A DNA stretch of 64,000 nucleotides from an uncultured virus (IMG/VR IMGVR_UViG_3300024303_004490) (lineage: Duplodnaviria > Heunggongvirae > Uroviricota > Caudoviricetes). Numbering within the stretch: position 1 is the stretch's first letter; every line of letters starts with the position of its first letter. The stretch is from IMG/VR virus record IMGVR_UViG_3300024303_004490, one strand, 5' to 3'. The position numbers were made by a program, and so were the translations under genes. Below are positions 9,595 through 20,206 of this stretch, one piece after another. The notes below the pieces were generated by a model. It searched no databases. It had not been told where the DNA came from and saw nothing but the letters and a program-made list of their open reading frames with translations.

Positions 9595-12105
9595 TCAATT
9601 CACACCAAATACTCTTGATATGTAACCATCAGAACTTCGTGTTGAAATTGTAACTGTTCCGGTTGTACCCGAATAAGACAGCGTAAATGCTACATAATTC
9701 ACCTCATCGGCAAATTGATATTTTAGCCCCGATGTTGTAATCATAGATTTCGGAGTTATCATAGTGCAAACCGCAGAGCCATCTTTCGGTCGCCCCATGA
9801 TGATGTATGCCTTGTGACTACCATAAGTAAAAGTAGCGGACCCCTCCGTAAGCGTTCCTTTATACAAACTCGTACAAGCAAGGCCGAGGTTGCTTCGTGC
9901 ATCTGCCGCCGATGTCGCACCTGTACCGCCTTTACCCAAAGGAATGGTAGCTCCACCCGAATGATAAACTTGGTAGCGTGTTCCGGGATGGGTCTGGTGT
10001 TCAACGTTCGGAGCATAGTATAATGTACCAGAAGCAGAATAAAGTCTGTCCCAGGTTGTTGCACTTCTGTAAAAGTTTATACCTTCACCTTGAGAGTCTA
10101 CAGCATCTTTGAAATATAAGCCGTTAATATTTATGATATCAGAGTTCTGCATATCTATGCCGTAAGCATCATCTACCCAATACTGACCTCCCGTTACTTT
10201 TATAATTTTAGGGGCTATGGTTTGTCCATTTATTATGTTAGCAATAGCATTTGCAACTGTTGTAGCCCCTGTACCGCCTTTCGCAATAGGAACCGCAGAG
10301 GATAATGATGAAGGTGCAACAGAACCGGAAAAAGAAGTTGCTGTAACCGCACCGGATATTTTTGTATCACCCACAACGTGGAGAGCTGCAGTGGGATTTG
10401 GGGTATTGATACCTACTTTTTGTTTTCTCAAGGCTACAAGAGGTGTACCTTGCGGAACAACATAATAAAGATCAAGCGAGGACGAGGAGCCTAAACTATC
10501 TCGTATTTGTATGTGAAAGTCATAAGAGCTTCCCGCATCGAGAGAACAAAGCTCAAGATTTGAAAATGAGAAAGACGAACCACTCTTGGTAACCGATGAA
10601 AGAATGCTCACATATGAGCCATAGCTACTTGCATTGGTTTTCTTGTACCTATACCTTACATAGGTTAAACTATTTTTCTGCGTACTGCTTACGGTCACGG
10701 GGGAAATTGTACCGCTGAAAGTAAGTTGCATTTCGGCTTCAATTTCATTGGTTCGTCTTAATGATAAAGATGAAACTTTCGGCTTTGCATAAGCAATAAC
10801 CGTAATATCCATACTTTTACTTACCGTGTAACCTCTTGAGTCGGTCGCTGTTACAACGACACTTAAAGTACCGGATTTTGAAATAGCACCAACGGTTAAA
10901 GCAGCACCTGTTGTATTCGATTTCGTCACTCCGTTACAAGTAGCAGAATATTTTACAATGCTTGCTCCGTTTTTTGCTGTAGCGGTAGCCGGGGTTACTT
11001 GTAAAGTAGAATAACCTTGTATAAAAAGTTGGTTATTTCCCGTAACTCCTGTGGTAGTTGTGTTCGTATCAGCCACTGTAAAGGCCCCTATCGTGGGTGA
11101 GGAATTACCCGATGAAGTTTGAACAGTAGCTGTTTTTGACGATGCCGAACCAATCTGTGTTGAGCCGTTCAATGTTGTAAGCACGAATGTTCCCGTGAAA
11201 GATTTGATGCTCGCCATCGCATTGAGAAGGGTTGTTCTTTGTGCAGAGGTCAAGGTTATCGTATTATCCGTTGTTCCCTTTGTAAGGGTAATACCGGTAA
11301 TTGTAAGATAAGTTGTGCTGCCGTTTTTAATAGCCAAGGTGTGGCTATATGACGCTTCATAAACCGTTGTTTTCAGAGTTATTTTTACTGTGGATGCATC
11401 AGCCGTTACCGTACCGACCGAAGATAAAACCGAACCGCCGAGGGTTTTGGCAGTTGTTGCTGACGAAGTACCATACACATGGTTACTTTGTTTTCTTGCT
11501 TTTACCTTTACCGAATAAGAAGTGTTCGGCGTAAGACCGGAAAGAGATATACTTGCACTCGTTCCGGCAGTCGTTGAAAACTGCGTCCAAGAAGAACCTC
11601 CGTTTGTGCTGTACTGCCATATATCGGCTTTAGCGGATGATGTGGCTGAAATCTTAAAGCCGTTAGCTGTTATTGAACCTACAGTACATTTAATGGTGGG
11701 TGCAGTACGGTCGATTGCATCGAGGCTTATTGTTGCCGATGCGGTAATTGTACCTATTGAAGTTCCGGCATAAGTACCATCGAAACGCCAAGAGGCAGAC
11801 AGTTTGACCCCAGTCTTTGTACCATCGCTGTTATGATTTACTCGTACTTTTTTTGTTTTTAACAGCTTCGAATGAGCCGTTGATGAATCATCCTCCGAAA
11901 CGGCGGGACTTGAGAACGTTTCGCTTGTTCCGTTAATTGAAACCGTGCAGTCATCTCTTGCACCTACATAAAGGGATGCATATTTCAGATAGACCTTTAA
12001 GGTAACATCAGAATAGTTTCCCGTAACGCTTTGTGTGGCTGACCAGGTACAGTACAAGCCAAGATATGTAGACGGATATTTTGAAAAATTACCACTCAAT
12101 GCCAT
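9595..12105 (-). CDS. receptor-binding / tail fibre protein with FN3 domain
   Basis: Ser/Thr-rich beta protein; LSGLTPNTSYSVKVKA FN3 motif; KVGINTPNPTAALHVVG; two KGGTGAT motifs. Confidence 0.75.
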   Translation of the reverse strand: MALSGNFSKYPSTYLGLYCTWSATQSVTGNYSDVTLKVYLKYASLYVGARDDCTVSINGTSETFSSPAVSEDDSSTAHSKLLKTKKVRVNHNSDGTKTGVKLSASWRFDGTYAGTSIGTITASATISLDAIDRTAPTIKCTVGSITANGFKISATSSAKADIWQYSTNGGSSWTQFSTTAGTSASISLSGLTPNTSYSVKVKARKQSNHVYGTSSATTAKTLGGSVLSSVGTVTADASTVKITLKTTVYEASYSHTLAIKNGSTTYLTITGITLTKGTTDNTITLTSAQRTTLLNAMASIKSFTGTFVLTTLNGSTQIGSASSKTATVQTSSGNSSPTIGAFTVADTNTTTTGVTGNNQLFIQGYSTLQVTPATATAKNGASIVKYSATCNGVTKSNTTGAALTVGAISKSGTLSVVVTATDSRGYTVSKSMDITVIAYAKPKVSSLSLRRTNEIEAEMQLTFSGTISPVTVSSTQKNSLTYVRYRYKKTNASSYGSYVSILSSVTKSGSSFSFSNLELCSLDAGSSYDFHIQIRDSLGSSSSLDLYYVVPQGTPLVALRKQKVGINTPNPTAALHVVGDTKISGAVTATSFSGSVAPSSLSSAVPIAKGGTGATTVANAIANIINGQTIAPKIIKVTGGQYWVDDAYGIDMQNSDIININGLYFKDAVDSQGEGINFYRSATTWDRLYSASGTLYYAPNVEHQTHPGTRYQVYHSGGATIPLGKGGTGATSAADARSNLGLACTSLYKGTLTEGSATFTYGSHKAYIIMGRPKDGSAVCTMITPKSMITTSGLKYQFADEVNYVAFTLSYSGTTGTVTISTRSSDGYISRVFGVN

Positions 12106-12119
12106 AGCTTTTTACCTCC

Positions 12120-14567
12120 TTAGTCAAGAATTACAATATTAAGTCCGTCAGAAGCTGTGGGCATCGGAACGAACTTTGTTTTACCAACGGTAAGCTCACC
12201 GTCAACAGTGGTTTTCTTTGTTATGGTTTCATCCTTATTTAGGGTGAATATTTTCTCATCGTTGTAATAACCGGAAAACTCCGTGTTGTTAATAACCGTT
12301 CTTTGTGGTGAATCGGCATTGGAAACTTCAATACCTCTTCGGTCGATTTTCACCTCGGTGGTGTATATCTCGTTGGGTGCGGGAGTCCATTTCTGAACTA
12401 TAGAACCCTCGGTAATCATAATGTCACCTATATACAAAGAGGCAGCTCTGCTGTATGCGTAAATGGTTATGGTACCGTCTTGCACATCATCGATTACTGC
12501 AGTAAAATCCTGCCAATCAAATGCAGAAGAAGTATTGAATAAATCCACATACTTATCACCGTTATATGTCACACGGAAATAACCTGAGTATGTGCTTGTC
12601 TTTTTTGCTCTCAATGACACCACATAGGAAGTTCCGGTAACAACGCCCGTTATAACCTGGGTAAGGTCAGAATAAGCACCGAGAACGAAGCAAGAATCGG
12701 CTGTCGTGTTATTCTGCGTGTCAGTGGCGCTATTTGAGGATACTGTTCCGCTGTAAGTCCAGTCATCGGATAATCCGTTAAGACCCGATGAGTTTTTCAC
12801 CAGGTTTATACCACCGATGAAACGCTCCGATACTTTGACACCCAAACCTTCAACCGTGTGTTCAAGTTCGGAGATTTTCTCTTGAGCAACAATAAGTTCA
12901 TCGCTTTGATTACCAAGTTCATCGGTTACTGTTTTCACTGTTTCCGTAAGGTCTGATACATAGCTTGTAAGACCTTCGGCTGTTGTTTGAAGTTCAGATG
13001 TTTTCTCGTTTGTTTTTACGATGTCTTCTTGTATACCCTCTATTGAAAGATTTGTCTCTTCAAGGGAAGAGGTTGTTGCATAAGCATTTAAATGCACTTC
13101 GCCCGTTTCCAAGTCCCAATAGGAAGAACCATCTTGTGACTGAAGGACACCCGCTTTGATGATATTGGCAACAAGAGTACCGGAAGTAATAAAATCAGCT
13201 ACGATTTCACCACCGGAGGTTATTGCCGTTGTATAGGGTCCGTTATAACCATTACTGCTGAAACCGAGACCACCCACATTCCAACGCCACACATTTACGG
13301 CAGTGTTAATATCGGGGTTGTCAAGAATAAGCAGTTCATACGGCTGTCCGTTCTCGGAATAGGTATTGATAACCACGTATCCACCGCTTTGACCGGTAAT
13401 AAGACCGGTAGCTCTTTCGATAGCTGCGTTCATCAATTTTGGAAAACGCTCTACTTTTGCCACGGCTTTATCGGTGTTTTCCTGTACCTCGGAAATGGTG
13501 TGCAGCAAGTTCGCACCGGACGCGCCGAGGGTTATGGATACATATTTTTCGGAAAGCGTATCGTAGACCGTGGTTATTACTTTTGCTTTTGCCTTTAAAC
13601 CGAGCTTTGAGTGTCTCACCAACAAAGTATCGCATAAAGAAACTCGTTCCAATACAGTGGCATATTCGGGGTATTTCCATAAAGGTTCAAAGGAAACTTT
13701 GATGTTCGGAATTACAGTGCCGAGAGCATTGTTCTCTATGTATGTGTTTGCTTTTGACCTCAGAGCGGACTCCGTCAACTCTTCTCCTTCAGAGAAAGAA
13801 TCGGAGAAATCCTTGATGAGGGTTTTTCTTGTAGTAAGAGATGTGTCAACCACCGGAAGCAGAACTTCTGAAAGAGTAACAACGGTTTCGTTACCGTCCA
13901 TGTCGCTTGAAACAGCAAAGGGCAAAATATCTGTATATAAAGCGGTGTTGTCATTTTCATGTTCAAGAGCCGTTAGGTTCTTTCCGTATTCAATAACAAC
14001 ACCGGTCTTTGTGCCTCTGCCTTGATGATGAATAATGTGGAAATTATCCCATTCAAATTCGCCACCCCATAAAGACAACATCGAACCTTCAGCACCACCG
14101 AGACAAGCTCTTACGCTTTGGGGCCTGGAAACAGAGAAAGGCTTTGATGAAGAATAGTCTGTACTGCAAATAAAATTATGGGTTGTTGCCGTATTGGAAA
14201 AGATTTTATTCATTACAAGCGGTGCAGACATATTTTCATCCGACCATATTAGCTCTGCAATATTGCAAAGGTCATAAGAGATGTGCTGTGCGTAAACAGT
14301 TATGATGTTTTCAATGGGAGTAGTTATTCTGTAAATTCGGAACAACTGATTATCGGAGGTATCATTCGGTTTAGCTTTTATAAGCCTTTCCGTTTGTATC
14401 TCTGTGTATAAGGGTCCGTTGGTAGGATACTTCAGCACGAGTTCATAGGAGCCGTTTCTTTCCTCAGTAACTTCACAAAAGGTGCAATCCGTAAGAGTTC
14501 CTATGCCGTAGGTTTTGAAGTTGGTAGCGTTTGCCTTGTATAAAACAGGAATCATAATGTCACCCAC
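12120..14567 (-). CDS. Tal-like tail spike / baseplate protein
   Basis: VTEERNGSYEL..YP and QLFRIYRI motifs; coiled coil; lies after Dit. Confidence 0.85.
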   Translation of the reverse strand: MGDIMIPVLYKANATNFKTYGIGTLTDCTFCEVTEERNGSYELVLKYPTNGPLYTEIQTERLIKAKPNDTSDNQLFRIYRITTPIENIITVYAQHISYDLCNIAELIWSDENMSAPLVMNKIFSNTATTHNFICSTDYSSSKPFSVSRPQSVRACLGGAEGSMLSLWGGEFEWDNFHIIHHQGRGTKTGVVIEYGKNLTALEHENDNTALYTDILPFAVSSDMDGNETVVTLSEVLLPVVDTSLTTRKTLIKDFSDSFSEGEELTESALRSKANTYIENNALGTVIPNIKVSFEPLWKYPEYATVLERVSLCDTLLVRHSKLGLKAKAKVITTVYDTLSEKYVSITLGASGANLLHTISEVQENTDKAVAKVERFPKLMNAAIERATGLITGQSGGYVVINTYSENGQPYELLILDNPDINTAVNVWRWNVGGLGFSSNGYNGPYTTAITSGGEIVADFITSGTLVANIIKAGVLQSQDGSSYWDLETGEVHLNAYATTSSLEETNLSIEGIQEDIVKTNEKTSELQTTAEGLTSYVSDLTETVKTVTDELGNQSDELIVAQEKISELEHTVEGLGVKVSERFIGGINLVKNSSGLNGLSDDWTYSGTVSSNSATDTQNNTTADSCFVLGAYSDLTQVITGVVTGTSYVVSLRAKKTSTYSGYFRVTYNGDKYVDLFNTSSAFDWQDFTAVIDDVQDGTITIYAYSRAASLYIGDIMITEGSIVQKWTPAPNEIYTTEVKIDRRGIEVSNADSPQRTVINNTEFSGYYNDEKIFTLNKDETITKKTTVDGELTVGKTKFVPMPTASDGLNIVILD

Positions 14568-15280
14568 CTCGGCATTACATACGCACCGGTTATCCCACCG
14601 GAAAAAGTGAATGTATTTCCGCCGGGATAAAGGATCGGGAAACCTTCACCCTCAACAGCATCGTTTTCCGGTGTCGAACCTTTATAAAAGTTCATAAGGT
14701 CGCTGTCTATTTCGATATACTGCTGAATATTGGAAAAGGTCCAGCTCTTTTTTGAGCCGGGAGAGGTTATTGTAAGAGTTCCGCTACCATTGCCCGTAAG
14801 CATAATATATGGTTTTGCTTCAAAGGCTGTGGGATTTTCAATGACGGTACCGGAAGACACGCTGATTTCATTAAAACCATCTACTGCATATCTGAAAGGC
14901 AAACAAGAAAAGCTGATAGTGAAAACGCCTATTCGATTAAGCTCATCTTCAATATCAAGCTTGCTTGCAAACACAGCCTTTCTGAAATACTTCTCATCGT
15001 AAGTATCACGCAGTTCGTGATAAACATTCGGTTCTGCGTAAAGCCAGGCTTTAACGGCTGAAATCTTATCTGCAAGTTCTTCTTTCGATTTTGCGGGTAA
15101 GAAAACAGAATAGACCACTTGCACATTTCCATATCTGCCATTCGGTGATATTAAATCTCCGTTTCTTCCCGGAATAGCGGTAAATTCAGTTTCATATTTC
15201 GGCGCAGAAAAAACATCCTTCTTTTCGATGCGAAGACCCATATAATCTGAATTCACGCCTGCATATTCAAAGTAGTTCAC
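14552..15280 (-). CDS. distal tail protein (Dit)
   Basis: IPGRNGDL motif, size, and position after TMP. Confidence 0.8.
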   Translation of the reverse strand: MNYFEYAGVNSDYMGLRIEKKDVFSAPKYETEFTAIPGRNGDLISPNGRYGNVQVVYSVFLPAKSKEELADKISAVKAWLYAEPNVYHELRDTYDEKYFRKAVFASKLDIEDELNRIGVFTISFSCLPFRYAVDGFNEISVSSGTVIENPTAFEAKPYIMLTGNGSGTLTITSPGSKKSWTFSNIQQYIEIDSDLMNFYKGSTPENDAVEGEGFPILYPGGNTFTFSGGITGAYVMPRWVTL

Positions 15281-17889
15281 GCAAAGACCACTCCTTTCCT
15301 TTGAGCAAACTGTCCGGCTGTTACAAGAATTTCATTTGTAAGGTCACGGACATCTTCACTCGAATAATTATTGAATTTATCGATGTTAAGCTGAAGAGTA
15401 AGACCACTCGTTTTTGAATGCCCCGTCGGAGCATAGAGCTCGTCTCCAAGACTGCTATCAACAGAAAAATTCGTGGGAAGAGCTGTTGACATATCCTCTG
15501 CGAGAGAATGCATAACATCATTAATGTCTCCGCTCATCTTTTCTGCTGCTTTTACAGCTTCACCACCGTTGCTGTCAATTGAACCGGAGAGACCCTTTAC
15601 AAGCATCTCACCGATCCAAGCCATCTCACGAGAAGGTGATCTGATACCGAAGAAATCACAAATGCCGTCCCAGATGCTGTTTATCCAGGCACTGACCTTG
15701 TTCCATAACCAGGATTTTAAGGTTTGAATACCTGACCATAAACCCTGAACGATATTTTTACCGACATTGGTAATTTTGTAGATTTGTCCGGTTAAGGTAT
15801 TTACAATGCCTGTGATGATTTGAGGTACGGCCTTTACAATACTTGCAATTACAGACGGCAGATTTTTAATGAGTGATACAAGCAAGGTAACACCGACTTT
15901 CGCAATCTTACCTACATTGTTCGTAAAGAGCGTCACAATAGAAGTAACAATCTGTGGAAGAGCTGCTACGATTGTTGTAATAATCTGCGGTAATGAACTT
16001 ATCAAAGAAACAAGTAATCTGACACCAGCCTCAATGATGAGAGGTATATTGCTTAAAATTGCATTGATAACACTTGTAATAATCTGCGGAATAGCAGTAA
16101 GTATTGTTTGAATGATGGTCGGTAGATTTGTAATCAGTGAAGTTAAGAGCTGTATACCTGCGTCAATGATAAGGGGTATCGATTCAAGTAAGAAATTTAC
16201 TATCGCACCGATTACCTCGGGCAGAGCTTCAACCAACACAGGTATTGCTGCGAGAATACCCTCAACCAAGCCAAGCACCAACTGCAAGGCCGCATTGAGA
16301 ATGAGAGGCAGGTTTTCTACCAAGGTAGTACAAATCTGTACAACCATACTGATAATCGATGGTATAAGGGTCGGCAATGCAGTACCTATTCCCATAGCCA
16401 AAGTTGCTACAACTTGTAAAGCTGTCTCAAGTATCATCGGCAAGTTTGCGATTATACCCTCCAGCAGCGTAACTACAAGCAATAAAGCCGCCTCACCGAT
16501 TTGCGGTAACGCTTCGGTAAGACCCGTCAAAATAGTAAAAATAATCTGTGAAGTACTTTCTACTATTTGAGGTAGGTTATCGACAATAGCACCGCCCAAT
16601 GCAGAAATAATCTCACCGACTATTTCAATCATTTCAGGTACGAACTCCATCATAAGGTCAAGAGCTTTCGGTAAAATCCCACCGATTACATCTGACATTG
16701 CTCCTATGTCACCATTTGCATCAAGTATTCCGTTGGTGAACTCACCGAGAAGACCTACGCCTTCTCCGGCAAGCTGTGTCAGGATGGGAAGAAGAACAGT
16801 GCCGAGAGCATTTTTGGCAGCATCAGCGCCGACTGCCAAATACTGAAGTTGGTCATCGAAAGCACCATAAGCATTGAGCATATCATCGCTGATGACATAT
16901 CCGGCAGCTTGTGCTTGTTCACCAAGTTCATTCATTCTTTCAGCTCCGGCTTCAATTAATGGGTTTAATTCCTGCGCGGATTTACCGAGAATTTGCATTG
17001 CAAGAGCATCACGCTCGGTTTCATTTTCCATTTTGCCGAGTGCATCGATAACTTCCCAATATACGGTATCCGAATCACGCATGGTACCGTCAGCATTGAG
17101 AACAGACACACCAAGTGCATCGTAGGCTTCAACGGAGAGTTTGGTACCGTCTTGCACAGCCTTCATCGATTTGATTTGTTTTGCCATCGACTTGGTGAGA
17201 GTTTCGGTAGAAACATCCACAAGTTCAGCGGCATACATATATTCCTGGAGCTTATCTGTGGCAATGCCTGTCTGCGTTGATGTAGTTAAAACATCATCGG
17301 CATAAGCTGCACCTTCTTTTGACATGTCAATAAGAGCCTTGCCGGCGGCAACAGCAGCTGTGCCTACGGCAGCGAAAGCTGTAGCCATTGCTGCACCTAC
17401 TGCCTTACATACACTGCCGAGCTTTTCGAACTTGCCACTGGCATCTTCACTTTCCTTGCCGGCATCTTCGATTTCCTCTCCGAAATCATCTGCATTCTTT
17501 TCTGCATCATCGAGTCCATCGGAAGCCTTTTCGAGTTGGCTATTGTTTTCCTTAAGCTCACTTTCAAGGCCATTAAGGGCTGCCTCAGCGTTGTTTAATT
17601 GTATCTGCCAGTTTTGTGTTCTTCGGTCATTTTCACCAAAAGAAGTGGCGGCATTTTCCAGTGCCGCCTTAAGAGTTTCAATTTTCTGTTTTTGTGCTTC
17701 AATTTCTTTATTTAAAACCTGGTTACGAGCAGTGAGAGCTTCGACAGAGTTATCATTTTTACCGAACTGCGACTGAACGAGCTTCATTTCAGAACCGAGA
17801 ACCTTAAAACTCTGATTAATTTCAGATAAGGCTTTCTTGAACTCTTTTTCACCTTCAAGTCCGATTTTTAAACCGAAATCATCTGCCAT
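15277..17889 (-). CDS. tape measure protein
   Basis: N-terminal coiled coil; 11-residue amphipathic repeats; GIRSPSR C-terminal motif. Confidence 0.92.
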   Translation of the reverse strand: MADDFGLKIGLEGEKEFKKALSEINQSFKVLGSEMKLVQSQFGKNDNSVEALTARNQVLNKEIEAQKQKIETLKAALENAATSFGENDRRTQNWQIQLNNAEAALNGLESELKENNSQLEKASDGLDDAEKNADDFGEEIEDAGKESEDASGKFEKLGSVCKAVGAAMATAFAAVGTAAVAAGKALIDMSKEGAAYADDVLTTSTQTGIATDKLQEYMYAAELVDVSTETLTKSMAKQIKSMKAVQDGTKLSVEAYDALGVSVLNADGTMRDSDTVYWEVIDALGKMENETERDALAMQILGKSAQELNPLIEAGAERMNELGEQAQAAGYVISDDMLNAYGAFDDQLQYLAVGADAAKNALGTVLLPILTQLAGEGVGLLGEFTNGILDANGDIGAMSDVIGGILPKALDLMMEFVPEMIEIVGEIISALGGAIVDNLPQIVESTSQIIFTILTGLTEALPQIGEAALLLVVTLLEGIIANLPMILETALQVVATLAMGIGTALPTLIPSIISMVVQICTTLVENLPLILNAALQLVLGLVEGILAAIPVLVEALPEVIGAIVNFLLESIPLIIDAGIQLLTSLITNLPTIIQTILTAIPQIITSVINAILSNIPLIIEAGVRLLVSLISSLPQIITTIVAALPQIVTSIVTLFTNNVGKIAKVGVTLLVSLIKNLPSVIASIVKAVPQIITGIVNTLTGQIYKITNVGKNIVQGLWSGIQTLKSWLWNKVSAWINSIWDGICDFFGIRSPSREMAWIGEMLVKGLSGSIDSNGGEAVKAAEKMSGDINDVMHSLAEDMSTALPTNFSVDSSLGDELYAPTGHSKTSGLTLQLNIDKFNNYSSEDVRDLTNEILVTAGQFAQRKGVVFA

Positions 17890-17900
17890 GCTAACACCTC

Positions 17901-18722
17901 CTAATCAGTAATTTTTACGGCAACAACTATGCCTTGTCCCGTAGTTGCCGGGTTTGGAGTAATGGCAACGGAAACTATAGTAGGCGGAGTTGTGTCCGGT
18001 ATCTTTTCAAATGTTGCTGTGTATGATTTTGATGTTGTGAAAGCGTTTATAAGATTTGCATCTACACTAAAAGTGCGCGATGCATTTGTGTTGCCATCAG
18101 ACCAGGAAACGAATCTGTACCCGGCAGAGGGTGTAGCTTTTATCGTATAAGAAGTTCCGAATTTATATGTCCCTGCTCCGCTGACAGTGCCACCGCCATT
18201 TGAGTTCACGCTGACAACACAAGACGGTTCCGTATAGTCGATGGCAAAGGATGAGCTTTTCCAATACCACTTTCGGGTGATGGTTGCCGAAAACCATATA
18301 CACAAGTTTTTTGTTCCTGAATAAACTCCGGCTTTTGATGTCATTGAATTAAACATATCCGTCAAACGTTTTGACGTACCATCAATAACACTGTTTTTGT
18401 TAATCGCAGCAGTTAAGTAATCTTTACCCGTTTGAAACAAAGGATCTATTTTGTAGCCACCGGCTGAAAAATATGAATCCGTTTCTGCTTCAAGGTTGTA
18501 ACGACAGTCACCTTTGGTAGAAAGACTGGTTTTAAATTGTAATGTAACTCTTACATCATCAATTCTTGAATATGCTGGAATGTACATCTGCATCTGACTA
18601 ACAGAGGATGAGGCGTTTGTTACAAGTAAACAGTGGGTCATTTTAAGACCGGTGCCCTCTGTATTATCACTACAGAAAGACACAGAACGTGTAGGCATAT
18701 TAATCACGCTCCTTAACAACAA
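17901..18722 (-). CDS. Ig/InlB-B-repeat protein (candidate fibre tip)
   Basis: GGTVSGAG..ATPSAGYRFVSWSDG..ATF repeat; C-terminal partial Ig segment. Confidence 0.65.
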   Translation of the reverse strand: MLLRSVINMPTRSVSFCSDNTEGTGLKMTHCLLVTNASSSVSQMQMYIPAYSRIDDVRVTLQFKTSLSTKGDCRYNLEAETDSYFSAGGYKIDPLFQTGKDYLTAAINKNSVIDGTSKRLTDMFNSMTSKAGVYSGTKNLCIWFSATITRKWYWKSSSFAIDYTEPSCVVSVNSNGGGTVSGAGTYKFGTSYTIKATPSAGYRFVSWSDGNTNASRTFSVDANLINAFTTSKSYTATFEKIPDTTPPTIVSVAITPNPATTGQGIVVAVKITD

Positions 18723-18996
18723 TATCTATATATGCTTTCAACTTTTCAGGTGGAATTTCAACATTCACCACGAGATGATATAAGCCTTTATGCGAGGGGG
18801 ATAAAAATACACGAAGGCATCTGCCGTCAATTTGGCAGACACCCTCGCTTTCAATTGATTCAGTTTTATGCTCAATCAGTTTATATTTTGCATCAGTGAT
18901 AACAATCGTTTCATCAGCATCTTTGCTGCAAACCATAAAGTCGATATACTTTTCTTCACCGAGCAAAAATGTGCGTGATTCAATCACAGTTACCAC
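18700..18996 (-). CDS. 98-aa beta-rich hypothetical protein
   Basis: overlapping starts and stops with neighbours; GLYHLVVNVE Ig-like F strand. Confidence 0.55.
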   Translation of the reverse strand: MVTVIESRTFLLGEEKYIDFMVCSKDADETIVITDAKYKLIEHKTESIESEGVCQIDGRCLRVFLSPSHKGLYHLVVNVEIPPEKLKAYIDIVVKERD

Positions 18997-19279
18997 CGTC
19001 CTTTATAATAACAAGTTCGAGTTTTTGAGGTAGGAGCTGAATTTTATATTTGCTTTCTTTTAAACAAAGATGAACCCTGCCTTTAAGCATATATAGAATT
19101 CCCGTCCAATAAGCAAAATAGCCCTCACTGTCGAGGGCGTAAATCTCTGTAGCGTATTGACCATCAGTCATATCGGGAGGTACGGTGCATTCCCACTCAT
19201 TACCTCCCGTTGGTGTAAACTCAAGGTCAAAGTTATCAGCCTTGCCGTAAACTCGAACTATCTGTCTGTCAGTTCTCAT
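18980..19279 (-). CDS. 99-aa partial Ig-like domain protein
   Basis: WECTVPPDMTDGQYATEIYALDSEG resembles bacterial Ig-like strands E-G. Confidence 0.65.
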   Translation of the reverse strand: MRTDRQIVRVYGKADNFDLEFTPTGGNEWECTVPPDMTDGQYATEIYALDSEGYFAYWTGILYMLKGRVHLCLKESKYKIQLLPQKLELVIIKDGGNCD

Positions 19280-20189
19280 CGACTACTACCGAAATGGTAT
19301 AAGTCTTACCTGCATCGGCAGGATTAGGCTCGATGACAACGGAACGGATAACGGGAGCGTTGGTTTTTACTGTAACAGTCCTTGTAACAGTTGTAGTCTT
19401 GCCGGCAGAGTCTGTTGCGGTAACTTTGATTTCGTTAACGCCTTCATCAAGGGTTATATCCTTGGTAAACGAACCATCACCGCTTACAGTAACCGTACCT
19501 TGGTCCTTTGTACCTACAGAAATCTTAACCGTTACAGGTGTTGAAATACTGTCGGAGGTTGTACCGGAAACAGTGATAGTTTTCTTATTGGTGATTGAAC
19601 CCTGGGTAGGACTTGTAACATTAAGAGAAGGAGCAACTGTGTCAACTGTAAACGAAACGGATTTTGTTACTGCGGCGTTACCATCGTTATCCGATACATC
19701 GATTGATATGTTGTTTTCTCCATCGGGAAGAACGGATGAAGGTGTGTAGGTGCAGTTGTATCCACCCGTGACAGGACTTGAGGAAATCTTCGATACATCG
19801 ACTTTTGCACCGTTAACTTTAAGCACAAGGCTTGAAAGATTAATACCGGAGAAGCCTGATGTCTGTGATACATTATCAAGAATAGTAAATGCAATTGCGG
19901 GTTTGCCATCCGTATTAAGAGCACCATCTGTAGGTGAAATAATACTGATAACAGGAACAACTTTCTCTTTAACAACAAGACGAAGGCTCGAACCGAGGGT
20001 AGAATGGTTACTGTCTGCTGTCGCTGTGTTTCCGGCATCATCAGTAGCCGAAACCGACACAGGATAATAGCCGCCATCAAGATTAAACGATGAACCCTGG
20101 GGAGCATTGAGCGTTGCTTCATAAGCACCCGTTGAAGAGTTATATGTCAAAGTATATGTTTGACCATTTATGGTTGTTGTTACTTGCAT
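19269..20189 (-). CDS. tandem bacterial Ig-like domain protein (candidate fibre shaft)
   Basis: repeated ATDxAG and DxxAP..SP motifs. Confidence 0.8.
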   Translation of the reverse strand: MQVTTTINGQTYTLTYNSSTGAYEATLNAPQGSSFNLDGGYYPVSVSATDDAGNTATADSNHSTLGSSLRLVVKEKVVPVISIISPTDGALNTDGKPAIAFTILDNVSQTSGFSGINLSSLVLKVNGAKVDVSKISSSPVTGGYNCTYTPSSVLPDGENNISIDVSDNDGNAAVTKSVSFTVDTVAPSLNVTSPTQGSITNKKTITVSGTTSDSISTPVTVKISVGTKDQGTVTVSGDGSFTKDITLDEGVNEIKVTATDSAGKTTTVTRTVTVKTNAPVIRSVVIEPNPADAGKTYTISVVVDEN

Positions 20190-20206
20190 ATTCTTTTATC
20201 CTTTCG

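Noticed and set aside
9595..12105. Diversity-generating retroelement or invertible tail fibre
   Set aside because: No reverse transcriptase or TR/VR pair was seen. The short CCTGTACCGCCTTT duplication reflects the KGGTG protein motif.
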